Below are positions 8,567-18,377 of a stretch of 53,581 bases of DNA, piece by piece (position 1 is the stretch's first letter; each line of letters opens with the position of its first letter). The stretch covers positions 1 through 53,581 of the forward strand of contig JAYUGC010000157.1 of the NCBI GenBank assembly GCA_043767805.1, given 5' to 3'. The position numbers were made by a program, and so were the translations under genes. The stretch is from Pseudomonadota bacterium (GTDB taxonomy: Bacteria > Bdellovibrionota > FAC87 > UBA2466). A model generated the notes under the pieces. It did no database searches. It was not told where the DNA came from and saw only the letters and a program-made list of their open reading frames with translations.

Positions 8567-10479
8567 GTCTCCTGTTTGTTTGTTTCTGCTTCGAAGAAGC
8601 GATTGAAGGCATCGAAATCCAGGCCGTCCGTGGTCTCACCGGTGCGTTTCCGTACGGAAACCGTCTGGTTTTCCAGTTCCTTAGCCCCGATGACCAGCAT
8701 CAGGGGAACCTTCTTCATCTGAGCTTCGCGGATGCGATAGCCCAGTTTTTCGTTCCGAGCATCCAGCTCGACGCGAATTCCCTTTTCCTGCAAGCGGTTG
8801 CACCAGGACTTTGCGTAGGCTTCCTGGTCGGTCATTACATTGATGATGACGGCTTGGAGGGGAGCGAGCCAGAGCGGCAAGTGGCCCGCGCAATGCTCGA
8901 TCAAAATACCCATGAAGCGCTCGAGGCTTCCGAACTCGGCCCGGTGGAGCATGACGGGGCGGCGGGCCTGGTTGTCCTTGTCGATGTACTCGAGCTCGAA
9001 CTGAGCCGGGATGTTGGGGTCGACTTGGAGGGTGCCGCACTGCCAGAACCGGCCGATGCTGTCTTTAATGTGAAACTCGATTTTCGGGCCGTAGAAGGCG
9101 CCTTCGCCCGGAAGGTAATCGAACTTCAGGTTCAATTCGTTCAAAGCGGTGGCAAGCGCGCCTTCCGATTTGTCCCAGTCCGCGTCGGTGCCCATGCGTT
9201 TTTCGGGGCGGGTAGCGAGCTTCACGACGATCTCTTGGAAGCCGAACTTCTTATAAACGCCGAGCGTGTGCTGGATGAATTTCTTGGACTCTTCCTGGAT
9301 CTGATCTTCCGTACAGAAAATGTGAGCGTCGTCCTGCGCGAAGGTGCGCGTGCGCATGAGGCCGTGAGTCACGCCGGCGCGCTCGTTCCTATGGAGCTTC
9401 GAGAACTCGGAGTAACGGAGCGGGAGATCGCGGTAGCTGTGTTTTGTCGACGCGAAGAGGGCCGCGTGGCCGGGGCAGTTCATCGGCTTTAAGGCGGAGA
9501 CTTGGTCCCCGTCTTTGAAGAGGAACATGTTCTCGCTGTAATTCTGTAAATGGCCCGACTTTTCCCAGAGAACGCTCGTCATGAGCTGCGGGCAAATCAC
9601 TTCCTGATAGCCCTGCTTGGTGATCTCTTTGCGCATGAAATCGACGAGACCGTTGTAGAGGAGCGTGCCCTTCGGAAGGTAGAAGGGCATGGCTGGCGCG
9701 ATGTCGTTCAAGAAGGTGAAAAGACCGAGCTCCGGGCCGAGGCGGCGGTGATCGCGCTTCTTCGCTTCTTCGATGCGGAAAATGTAGGCATCGAGCTCTT
9801 TTTGAGTCGCCCAAGCGGTGCCGTAGATGCGCTGGAGCATCTTGTTGTTCTCGTCGCCGCGCCAGTAAGCGCCGGCCACCGAGAGTAACTTGAACTTACC
9901 GAGACGGGCCGTGTTCGGAACGTGCGGGCCGCGGCAGAGATCCGTGAAGCCGCCTTGTGAATAGAGGCTGACTTTCGTGTCCGGAATGCTCTCGATGATT
10001 TCCGCTTTGAAAAATTCTTTAAGGTCCTTGAAGAAGGAAACCGCTCTGGGCTTGTCCCACTCTTCGCGTTTGACGTCGAGATTTCTGGCCGCGATCTCCG
10101 TCATCTTCGCTTCGATCCGGGGCAAGTCGTCGGGGCCGAGCTTCGACGGGCAGTCGATGTCGTAAAAGAAGCCGTCCTCGATCACGGGGCCGATGGTGAT
10201 CTGAGCGTCGGGGTACAAATCCTTGATCGCTTGCGCGAGCAAATGCGCCGTCGAGTGGCGGATGACTTCGAGGCCTTCCGCAGTTGTGCGAGTGACGATG
10301 GCGAGGCCACAGTCTTTAGTGAAAACGTAAGTCAGGTCGACGACTTTGCCGTCGACCTTGGCCGCGACGGCGTCTTGCTCCAGGCGTTTGCCAATGGATT
10401 TCACCACGTCCCAAGGGGTCGAGCCCTCTTGAACGGTACGGGTAGAGCCGTCCGGTAGTGTGACGGTAAGAGACTTCAT
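8563..10479 (-). CDS. thrS: Threonine--tRNA ligase
   Basis: TGS domain, RHSTAHLLA, DLCRGPH, RDHRRLG, KPMNCPGH and GAFYGPKI motifs. Confidence 0.99.
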   Translation of the reverse strand: MKSLTVTLPDGSTRTVQEGSTPWDVVKSIGKRLEQDAVAAKVDGKVVDLTYVFTKDCGLAIVTRTTAEGLEVIRHSTAHLLAQAIKDLYPDAQITIGPVIEDGFFYDIDCPSKLGPDDLPRIEAKMTEIAARNLDVKREEWDKPRAVSFFKDLKEFFKAEIIESIPDTKVSLYSQGGFTDLCRGPHVPNTARLGKFKLLSVAGAYWRGDENNKMLQRIYGTAWATQKELDAYIFRIEEAKKRDHRRLGPELGLFTFLNDIAPAMPFYLPKGTLLYNGLVDFMRKEITKQGYQEVICPQLMTSVLWEKSGHLQNYSENMFLFKDGDQVSALKPMNCPGHAALFASTKHSYRDLPLRYSEFSKLHRNERAGVTHGLMRTRTFAQDDAHIFCTEDQIQEESKKFIQHTLGVYKKFGFQEIVVKLATRPEKRMGTDADWDKSEGALATALNELNLKFDYLPGEGAFYGPKIEFHIKDSIGRFWQCGTLQVDPNIPAQFELEYIDKDNQARRPVMLHRAEFGSLERFMGILIEHCAGHLPLWLAPLQAVIINVMTDQEAYAKSWCNRLQEKGIRVELDARNEKLGYRIREAQMKKVPLMLVIGAKELENQTVSVRKRTGETTDGLDFDAFNRFFEAETNKQET

Positions 10480-10626
10480 GAATTAGTTGGGCGCCGAACC
10501 GTCATAGTGAGGTTTGCGCGTGCGTGAAGGAGAGCGAGCAAGATGAGAATGTCTGGGACGGGAGAAGGAGCATCAAGGGGAAAAGTTATACGGTTTGGTG
10601 CGTCGAAATCAAGTAAATAAGGAGAA

Positions 10627-10685
10627 GATCCTTCGGCTACGCCTCAGGACAGTTAGCTTTCTTTGGCCTTCGGCTGAGCTAACTG
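10627..10685. repeat. Hairpin plus half-copy of a REP-like palindromic element downstream of ilvE
   Basis: Stem CAGTTAGCT (10650-10658) / AGCTAACTG (10677-10685). The adjacent GATCCTTCGGCTACGCCTCAGGAC resembles dispersed 'GATCCTTCG..CTCAGGATGAC' intergenic repeats. Confidence 0.35.
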
Positions 10686-10690
10686 ATTCA

Positions 10691-11620
10691 CTAAGAGAGG
10701 AGCGTGTTCCACGTCCGGAACTCAGGTATTTCGCCTCGGGTGCTCTTATAAAAGAGGTCGATGACTTTGCGGGTGACCGGGCCGGGGCATTGATCCCCGA
10801 TGGTACGGTGGTCGAGCTCCTTAATGGAGGCGATTTCGACCGCGGTGCCGGTGATGAAAATCTCATCCGCGAGGTAAAGTTGGTTGCGGGACATGGGGGC
10901 TTCCTTGACCGGGTAACCCAGGAAGGCGGCAATCTTCATGGCGCAGTCGCGAGTGAAGCCGGGAAGGATGTAGGTCGGGGGCGGGGTGTAGATGATCCCG
11001 TCCTTAACCATGAAAAGGTTGTCTCCGCAGCCTTCGGCCACCATGCCGTTCGGGTCAAGGAGTAAGGTTTCGGCGATTCCGTTCTTGGCCGCTTCGCGGC
11101 GCGCCAGAATGGAAGTCAGGTAACCGCCTGCGATTTTAGCCCACGGCAACGAAGTGGCGACCTCGGCTCGGCGGTAGGTCGAGACCATGGCGCGGATGCC
11201 CACGTCCCCGGCGGCGCCCATGTATTTGCCCCAGGTCCACGCGGCGATGCTTACCTTTACATCGGCCGGATCCGGCAGGCTCAAACCGCGGACTCTCTCA
11301 TCTATATAGGCGACGGGGCGGACGTAGCAGGCTTTGAACTGATTTGCTTTGAGGAGCTCAGCCGTGGCCTTCATGAAATCGTTCACGGAATACTGGCACG
11401 TGTAGCCGAGCGCCTTCATGGAATCGAGAAAGCGGCGGTAGTGATCTTCGCCGCGGAAAAGCGCGGAGCGTCCATCGGACAATTCGTAGGCGCGGATGCC
11501 TTCGAAGATGCTGCCGCCGTACTGCATGCTGTGCGACAAGATATGGATCGTCGCGTCTTTGAAAGGGACGAGCTTTCCATCTACCCAAACAAATTTTCCG
11601 TCGACGGATTCCCCTGCCAT
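10691..11620 (-). CDS. ilvE: Branched-chain amino acid aminotransferase
   Basis: HSMQYGGSIFEGIRAY, AKIAGGY (PLP Lys), EGCGDNLF, ILPGFTR and ADEIFITGTAVEI motifs. Confidence 0.97.
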   Translation of the reverse strand: MAGESVDGKFVWVDGKLVPFKDATIHILSHSMQYGGSIFEGIRAYELSDGRSALFRGEDHYRRFLDSMKALGYTCQYSVNDFMKATAELLKANQFKACYVRPVAYIDERVRGLSLPDPADVKVSIAAWTWGKYMGAAGDVGIRAMVSTYRRAEVATSLPWAKIAGGYLTSILARREAAKNGIAETLLLDPNGMVAEGCGDNLFMVKDGIIYTPPPTYILPGFTRDCAMKIAAFLGYPVKEAPMSRNQLYLADEIFITGTAVEIASIKELDHRTIGDQCPGPVTRKVIDLFYKSTRGEIPEFRTWNTLLS

Positions 11621-11763
11621 GACATGCCTTCCCGTGGATCAAAGTGGCGATTCAGCGGCAGTTACCATATAATAAATTTGAGGAATCACAACAATATTTG
11701 CCCCAGATCCTGGCCCCTCATTCTCCGCTCGAGGGGCGTTTCCTTTTTAACCCGCAGGCCCAT

Positions 11764-12480
11764 ATGAAACGTCTACTAGGAATTTACATCCTTGTGCCGC
11801 TTGCGCTTGTCTCGCTCGGTGCGTTTGCCGACGACATGTCGATGATCGAGAAGCAGCTCGCCGATATCGGTACGATCCAAAACGAAGAGATCGTCGTCGT
11901 TCAGCGCAAGTACACCAAGAAAGACTGGCGCCACGAGTTCACGCCGCTCATGTTCGGTGGCGTGCCCTTCGGTACCGTTCGCCGCACGCTCCTTGGCGGC
12001 GCGGCCTACACGCTCCACGCGAACGACAACTGGGGCTTCGAGCTTCTGAATTTTTCTTACACCAAAACTTTCTTCAGCAGTTTTACCGACGATATCAACG
12101 CGAACAAGGAAGGCGTGCAGGCAAAGATCAAGCCTGACTTCCAGAAGCTCCTCTACTTCCTGACCACGGGTATCTCCTGGACGCCCATGTACGGAAAGAT
12201 GTCGACCTTCTCGCGTTACATCGCCTACATCGAGCCGTACTTCGGCTTCGGCGTGGGTGTGGCGAAGACCGAAACCGCGAGCTATCTCACGTTTTATCCG
12301 GCCATCGGTATCCGCGCTTTCTTCCGTGAATGGTTCTCGATGAAATTCGAGTTCCGCGACTATCTGTACACAGAGAAGTTCCAGACCCGGACCAACCCGC
12401 CCGTGGCGGCCTCCGCGCTCCGGAACAACTACGCCGTGACCGTCTCGTTAAGCTTCTGGCTCCCGAAGATGCCGCTTTAA
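11764..12480 (+). CDS. Outer-membrane beta-barrel protein, GltA/GltB/GltH-like (myxobacterial OMP family)
   Basis: Signal peptide; VVVQRKYTKK..RHEF and WTPMYGKMS motifs; amphipathic beta-strands ending VSLSFWLP; first gene of the glt operon. Confidence 0.8.
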   Translation: MKRLLGIYILVPLALVSLGAFADDMSMIEKQLADIGTIQNEEIVVVQRKYTKKDWRHEFTPLMFGGVPFGTVRRTLLGGAAYTLHANDNWGFELLNFSYTKTFFSSFTDDINANKEGVQAKIKPDFQKLLYFLTTGISWTPMYGKMSTFSRYIAYIEPYFGFGVGVAKTETASYLTFYPAIGIRAFFREWFSMKFEFRDYLYTEKFQTRTNPPVAASALRNNYAVTVSLSFWLPKMPL

Positions 12481-12515
12481 GCGATTAAGTAACTGTCTAT
12501 TTAAGGTACGACTCC

Positions 12516-13967
12516 ATGAGATTACTTCTGATTGCTTTTATGGTGTGTGGGGTAACGTTTGGCGAAGCCGCCAGGCGCGGAGCCGCGTTCGAAGCCGGCC
12601 GCAGAGCTTACGAGTCCGGGAAATACGCCCGCGCCCTCGATTTATTCGCCCGCGCCATCGGAGAAGCGTCTTCCCCGAGCGAGCGCAACTCGGCGTATTA
12701 CTTTCAGGGCCTCGTCCTCTACGAACAAGGCTACCTTTACTCGAGCTACATCTCGTTCCGTAACGTGCTCTTGCAAGCCGACAACAACAACAAGCAGATC
12801 TACGAAAAGGCTATCAAGAACGCGGTCCTCATCACGGATCGGCTCGGCATCGTGGAGCGAATCGGAAGCGCGCTCGCCAATCTTCCGGCGAACTTCATTC
12901 CGAGCAGCGTCTCGGATTTGTCTCACTACGCCATCGGCGTCTATCACTTCTCGCGCAACGAGACGAGCGAAGCCTCCGTGCGCTTTAAATCCGTGCATCC
13001 CGAAAGCCAGCTTTACCTCAAAGCGCTTTTCCATCTCGGCATTCTTTCGTCGGCCAAAGGCAACTACAGCGAAGCGAGCTTCTACTTCAAAAAGATTCTC
13101 GCCGAATCCCGCGGCCGCCCGGCGCTCTTTCCGCTCGCCGAGCTCGCGCGCTTGAACCTCGCTCGCGTGACCTACGGCTCGGGCGACATCGAAGGATCCA
13201 TCGAGTACTACTCCAAGTTCCTGAGCTCTTCTCCGCATTGGCTCACGGTCCTTTTCGAAGCTAGCTGGCCTTTGATGCGGGTGAACGACACGACGGTGTC
13301 GCTCGGTAACTTGCATACCATCTTGTCTCCGTTTTACCGCGAAGACCTGGTTGGTGAAGGCTACGTGCTGCGCGCTTCCATCTTGTTCACGCTCTGTAAG
13401 TACGAAGAGATGCGCCAGACGCTCGCGCAGTTCTTCAAAATTTACGATCCGGTCATTCGCGAGATGCAGGAGACGAACCGTTCCGCTAACCCGGACTCCA
13501 TGTACTCGGCTTTCGTCGCTCAAAAGGGTTTGAGCTCCGCATTCATCAACTTTGCGAATCGCGACCAAGGCATCACCAACAAGATGAAGGTCGTGCAGAT
13601 GCTCCGGGACGAGCGGCAGAATCTCGCTCAGTTCCGCACCAACGAACAGATGCGCCGCATGTCGAAGCTCATCGAAGAGGCTGAGCAGTATTTCTCGCGC
13701 CAAATCGGCTCGACGCTCGCGAAGCTCCACGCCCGAAAGCTCCAGGATCTTCTCGAGCAGCGGGAACAGGCGAACTACCTGAAGGTAGAGATCGTTACCG
13801 GCGAAAAAGAATTGATCGAAGGCCAAAAAGGTCTGCCGCCGAAGCGTGTGGTGGACGTCGAGACGACCGTTGCCCAAGGGTATCGCTTCTGGCCTTACCA
13901 GGGTGAGTACTGGGACGACGAATCGGGAGCCTATGTTTATACGACGGAGAGTGCGTGTGTTAACTAA
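12516..13967 (+). CDS. gltC: Gliding motility TPR protein GltC-like
   Basis: Signal peptide, TPR helices, LFEASW and SLGNLHTILSPF motifs, and the diagnostic C-terminal FWPYQGEYWDDESGAYVY...C. Confidence 0.8.
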   Translation: MRLLLIAFMVCGVTFGEAARRGAAFEAGRRAYESGKYARALDLFARAIGEASSPSERNSAYYFQGLVLYEQGYLYSSYISFRNVLLQADNNNKQIYEKAIKNAVLITDRLGIVERIGSALANLPANFIPSSVSDLSHYAIGVYHFSRNETSEASVRFKSVHPESQLYLKALFHLGILSSAKGNYSEASFYFKKILAESRGRPALFPLAELARLNLARVTYGSGDIEGSIEYYSKFLSSSPHWLTVLFEASWPLMRVNDTTVSLGNLHTILSPFYREDLVGEGYVLRASILFTLCKYEEMRQTLAQFFKIYDPVIREMQETNRSANPDSMYSAFVAQKGLSSAFINFANRDQGITNKMKVVQMLRDERQNLAQFRTNEQMRRMSKLIEEAEQYFSRQIGSTLAKLHARKLQDLLEQREQANYLKVEIVTGEKELIEGQKGLPPKRVVDVETTVAQGYRFWPYQGEYWDDESGAYVYTTESACVN

Positions 13968-16900
13968 GACCACTGCCTATTCGATGGCGTTGTTACTTGG
14001 AGCGGGAACCGCGTTCGCGGCGCCTCGCCAAAGCACGTATCAAAATTTCAATTTGCCCAATACCGCGGGCCGCGCGCCATCGCCCGAAGGACGCGGCGCT
14101 TACCAGACCGACAAGTTCCAGCTGGGTAGCCGCTCGGTGAAGCTCAAAACGCCGAACGTGGATACCCAGCTCTTCTTGTTCGCGAAGGAAACGTTTCTCT
14201 CCGAGAAGCGCGACGAGGCCATTAAGCTCCTGCGCCAGCAGATCGATGCCGGCATGAAGGATAACCTCGAGAACATGCTGCTCCGGCTCGGCCAGCTCTA
14301 CGCGGAAAAGTTCATGGAGCTTTCTTATTTCGAGAACGAAGTGTTCTCGGCGAAACTCAAAGAGCAGGAAATCGCGAAAGCCACCAACCCCAAGGCGCCG
14401 GCTCCGAAACTCGAGAACGGCCGCTCGCGGGAGTACCTCGCCAAGGCACTCGAAGTTTTCTACAACCTCGAGAACAAGTATCCGCGCCACCAGAAAATCG
14501 ACGAGGTCATCTTCTTCATTGGCTTCGTGGAGATGGAAAATGGCCATTCGGAAAAGGGCGTGCGCTACCTCGAGAAGGTAGTGCGCCAATATCCGGATAG
14601 CCGCAAGTTCGACGACGCCGTCGTGTTTCTCGGCGATTACTACTTCGACAAGGCGAACTTCAAGCTCGCCTCGTCGAAATATCAGATCCTACTCAACCGC
14701 CGCCAAAGCTCCATGCACGACTACGCCGTCTATAAGATGGCCTGGTGCAAGCTCAACCTGGGTCAGGGCCGCCAAGGCTTGACCGACTTGAAGAGCCTCG
14801 TCGCCCGCTTGAAGGGCAACGAAGAGAAGGGCAAGTTCAACCTGCGCGAACAGGCCATGCGGGATCTTGTCGTGTTCTACGGCGAAGTCGGCGCCATCGC
14901 GGAAGCCAAACAGTTCTTCAAAGACAATATGAGCCACGACGTGGCCATCAAGAATCTGCGCTTGCTCGCGGACTTACTGCGCTCCAAAGCGCGCGACGCC
15001 GAAGCGGTCGCCGCCTATAACAGCCTGCTCGAAGAAGATCCGAACAACTCGGAAGCGCCGCAAATTCTTCTCGGCATCTACGAGTCTCAGACCCGGTTAG
15101 GCAAAGCGGGCCAGGCCGTCGGTTACCTCGTGCGCGCCATCGAAAACTACGGCGAGGATTCCGACTGGTACAAGTCCATGGCGAAGGACAAGCCGGGCGA
15201 AGCGAAAGAAGCTTTGGCGAGCCTTCAGGGCGACGGCTTCAAAGCGGCGACCTTCTATCACAACGCCGCTCAAAAAGGCGCGAACCCCAGCTACTACGAT
15301 TACGCCGTCCGGGTTTACACCGCGATGCTCAACCACCTTGCGAACCACCCGGAGCGGAAAAAGATCGCGTTCTACCGCGGGGAAGCGCTTTTTAAGTCGA
15401 AGAAGTGGCTATCCGCCGCCGAGTCTTACATGGCGGCGTCCAAGGTTCAGCCCAAAGACAAGATGACCGACGAATCGGTCTATAACGCGTTACTGGCTTT
15501 GGACGAGCTCACCTCGAAGAGCAACGTCATCGAGAAGTACGACACGAAAAAGATGAGCGCCGAGGAGATGGGAGCCCGGGATATTCCCGGCGGCGAAGCC
15601 AAGTTCATCGAAGTGGGCGAGCAATACTTGCGTGAGTTTCCTTCGGGCCAGCGTCTCGCCGAAGTGCACTTCCGCATGGGCGCGATCTATTACCGTTACC
15701 ACCACTTCGACAAGGCGCTCGCGTCCTTCGACAAGATTCCGACGCTGACCCCGAAGCACCCGAGCGCGACCACTGCCGCGCACATCGTGCTGGATATCCA
15801 TAATTTGAGAAAAGATTACCCGGCTCTCGATGGCGTCGCGGAACGGTACGCCGGAATTGCCGGCCTGGGCGACGCGAAGTTCAAGACCGAGATGACCGAG
15901 ATCCGCGATCAGTTGGGCTTCAAAAAGATCGAAGGCCTCGAGAAGGGCAATAAGTGGACGGAAGCGGGCGACGCTTACCTCAATGTGTATAAGGCCAACC
16001 CGGCCGGCAAGCTCGCCGAACAGTCCCTCTACAACGCGGTGGTCACGTACGAAAAGTCGGGCGACAACGCGAAGGCCACCGAAGTCACCAAGCTCTTCAT
16101 CGCGAAGTACCCGAAATCGGAGTACGCGCAAAAGCTGACGCTCCGGCTTGCCTCTCTCGCCGAGAAGCGCTACGACTTCGCCGAAGCACAGCGGCTCTAC
16201 GGCGATTATTGGAAGAAGTTCCCGAAGGACAAGGAAGCCAAAGGCGCGCTCTATAACGCGGCAGTCTTCGCAGAGCTTCTCGAGCAGCACACGGCCGCGA
16301 TCCAGCTTTACGAAACGTATGTGAAGAATCGCTTCGCCTCCAAAGACGAAGAGCTCAACATCACCCTCAGCGAAGCGAAAATGTACCGGAAGCAAAACAA
16401 CTGGGGGAAGGTCACCGAGATCTACCGCCGTTTGGCTTCCCGCGCGACCAGTGCCGCTTCTCGCATCAACTATCTGGGCGAATTGGCCCACCAGTACGAC
16501 AAAGGCGGCCGCCAAGGCGAAAAGATCGCGCTCTTGAAAGAGATGCGCTCACTCTATCTGTCGGCGAAAGGCGCAAGGCTTACGGGCCATGGCCTTCAGT
16601 ACACGGCCGAAGCGATGTTCCGCGCGACCGACAAGCACCGCGGCGAGTTCGACGCGATCAAGCTGCGTTTTCCGCCCCAGGACTTGGTTTACTCGATGCG
16701 CAAACGGCAAAATCGTTTGAAGGTGCTCGCCAAGGAATACGACGATGTCGTCTCCGTTGGTGTTCCCGATTGGGGTGTCGCCGCGCTTTACGAAAAGGGG
16801 GCGTCTTACGCCTCCTTCGCCAAAGCGATCCGCGCGGTAGATATTCCCGGCAAGTACACGCCCGAACAACGCACCGAAGCCCAAGCCGGCCTGAAAGAAA

Positions 16901-17124
16901 TCGAGACGACCGTAGTGCTTCCGCTCGAGAAGAACGGCGCTGAGATCACGAAGGCTTGCGTCGATAGAGCGGTTCAGTTCTACGTCGCCAATGACTACGC
17001 GGCGAAATGCCATGAAGGCTTGGTAGCGGATAAAGACAAACGGCCCCCGACGCCCCAAGGCGTCTTGCCCCAGCCTGCCTATTGGAGCACGCGGCCCTAC
17101 GGTGTGGAGGTGGCGTTCAAATGA
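13957..17124 (+). CDS. gltD: Large periplasmic TPR protein, GltD/AgmU-like
   Basis: GGAG + GTG at 13957 gives signal VLTKTTAYSMALLLGAGTAFA. About 1050 aa of TPR repeats (YKMAWC, ALYNAA) between gltC and gltE. Confidence 0.75.
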   Translation: MLTKTTAYSMALLLGAGTAFAAPRQSTYQNFNLPNTAGRAPSPEGRGAYQTDKFQLGSRSVKLKTPNVDTQLFLFAKETFLSEKRDEAIKLLRQQIDAGMKDNLENMLLRLGQLYAEKFMELSYFENEVFSAKLKEQEIAKATNPKAPAPKLENGRSREYLAKALEVFYNLENKYPRHQKIDEVIFFIGFVEMENGHSEKGVRYLEKVVRQYPDSRKFDDAVVFLGDYYFDKANFKLASSKYQILLNRRQSSMHDYAVYKMAWCKLNLGQGRQGLTDLKSLVARLKGNEEKGKFNLREQAMRDLVVFYGEVGAIAEAKQFFKDNMSHDVAIKNLRLLADLLRSKARDAEAVAAYNSLLEEDPNNSEAPQILLGIYESQTRLGKAGQAVGYLVRAIENYGEDSDWYKSMAKDKPGEAKEALASLQGDGFKAATFYHNAAQKGANPSYYDYAVRVYTAMLNHLANHPERKKIAFYRGEALFKSKKWLSAAESYMAASKVQPKDKMTDESVYNALLALDELTSKSNVIEKYDTKKMSAEEMGARDIPGGEAKFIEVGEQYLREFPSGQRLAEVHFRMGAIYYRYHHFDKALASFDKIPTLTPKHPSATTAAHIVLDIHNLRKDYPALDGVAERYAGIAGLGDAKFKTEMTEIRDQLGFKKIEGLEKGNKWTEAGDAYLNVYKANPAGKLAEQSLYNAVVTYEKSGDNAKATEVTKLFIAKYPKSEYAQKLTLRLASLAEKRYDFAEAQRLYGDYWKKFPKDKEAKGALYNAAVFAELLEQHTAAIQLYETYVKNRFASKDEELNITLSEAKMYRKQNNWGKVTEIYRRLASRATSAASRINYLGELAHQYDKGGRQGEKIALLKEMRSLYLSAKGARLTGHGLQYTAEAMFRATDKHRGEFDAIKLRFPPQDLVYSMRKRQNRLKVLAKEYDDVVSVGVPDWGVAALYEKGASYASFAKAIRAVDIPGKYTPEQRTEAQAGLKEIETTVVLPLEKNGAEITKACVDRAVQFYVANDYAAKCHEGLVADKDKRPPTPQGVLPQPAYWSTRPYGVEVAFK

Positions 17125-17999
17125 AGTATTTATGGCTGATTCTGCCGCTGGTTTTGTCGGCTTGTACGTCTACTCCGAGCGCGCGGGAAGCGGCTTCCGT
17201 CTCTAACGGAACGCCGGCGGCTCCCGTACATCGTTACCTCGCTTGGCTGGAAGGCGATTACCAAAACAATTACGAGCCTAGCCGCGAAGTGGCCGCTCAG
17301 CGCATGAAGCGATGGGAAGGCGAAGTCCCGGCGATGGATAATGCCGAGGAATACCTCGAGTACCTCTCGATCCTCGATGCGACCAACCCGCGCGAAGGCG
17401 AAGGCAAGATTAAGGCGTATCTCGCCAAGAACGCGGGCGAAAAGCGCGCGGTCTTTCTCCTCGGCGTGCATTACATGCGCGGGCGCATGCAAGAGATGGC
17501 GAACTACTTCTTCAATCAGCTCGAGAAGGACAACTCGTTTGCCTGGAAATCGCTCCTCTATAACAACCTCGGCATGCTGGCGCTCAAAGACGGCAACCGG
17601 GTCCAGGCCATGGACTATTTCGAAAAAGCGCTCGGCGCGGCGCCCCGTATCGCCGCTCCGTACGTGAATCTCGGTGCGATCTATCTCCAAGGCCGTAACT
17701 ACGCCGAAGCGGAAAAGACCTTCGCGACCGCGGTCCAAGTCGATGGCGATTTCGAGGACGCCGTACTGGGCTTGGGAAGCGCCTACGAAGGAATGGGCAA
17801 GTTCACGGATGCTTGGGAAACTTATAAGAGTTTCATCGACCGCAATCCGGAGGCGGTATCGACGTTATACAACGCGTCTTTGGTTCTCGGAAATCGGCTC
17901 GGCCGCACGGCGGATGCCGAGTCATTGATGCAGCGTTACATTCAGCGCGGCGGTAAAGAGACCGCTGGGGCTCAAAAAATGATCGAAATATGGCGATAA
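17121..17999 (+). CDS. gltE: TPR lipoprotein, GltE/AglT-like
   Basis: Lipobox VLSA-C; TPR motifs YNNLGM and YVNLGAI; ATGA overlap with gltD. Confidence 0.75.
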   Translation: MKYLWLILPLVLSACTSTPSAREAASVSNGTPAAPVHRYLAWLEGDYQNNYEPSREVAAQRMKRWEGEVPAMDNAEEYLEYLSILDATNPREGEGKIKAYLAKNAGEKRAVFLLGVHYMRGRMQEMANYFFNQLEKDNSFAWKSLLYNNLGMLALKDGNRVQAMDYFEKALGAAPRIAAPYVNLGAIYLQGRNYAEAEKTFATAVQVDGDFEDAVLGLGSAYEGMGKFTDAWETYKSFIDRNPEAVSTLYNASLVLGNRLGRTADAESLMQRYIQRGGKETAGAQKMIEIWR

Positions 18000-18019
18000 G
18001 AAGGAAGCGAGGAACCCCT

Positions 18020-18370
18020 ATGTTTAAAGACCTCGGAATCCTCCGAAGTTTAGTGGTGGCGTGCCTTGGGCTTGGTTTGATGGCTCCCTTATCACAGGGA
18101 GCGGACAAAAAGCCGCAGCAGCAGCTCAAAGCCGAAGTGGGCGACAACGACACGTCGGCGTTCGTGACGGAAAAGCGCAAGGACGGAACGACCATTAAAT
18201 ACAAGAAGAAGGCGACTTACGATTTCGAAGGTACGAACGTGGAAGGTCTCTACAACAAGCCCTCGGGTTCTTACATCTCGAACATCAAGGACGTTAAGGC
18301 GAAAACCATCATGCGCATCCGCAAGAATTTCGACGCCGAAGTCATCGACTCGGCACGGATGGTGAAATAG
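18020..18370 (+). CDS. gltF: Gliding motility protein GltF/CglF-like
   Basis: Signal peptide plus the signature YDFEGTNVEG...KP.G.YI...IMRIRKNF. Confidence 0.8.
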   Translation: MFKDLGILRSLVVACLGLGLMAPLSQGADKKPQQQLKAEVGDNDTSAFVTEKRKDGTTIKYKKKATYDFEGTNVEGLYNKPSGSYISNIKDVKAKTIMRIRKNFDAEVIDSARMVK

Positions 18371-18377
18371 GTAGCCT

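Noticed and set aside
10480..10600. thrS leader as a T-box or tRNA-mimic operator
   Set aside because: No T-box consensus or convincing anticodon-like hairpins could be identified by eye.
12642..13973. 443-aa minus-strand ORF, and other long antisense ORFs over pheT, thrS, gltD, gltG and the OPT gene
   Set aside because: Shadow frames opposite well-supported genes, expected from GC3-rich codon usage; no motifs or RBS.
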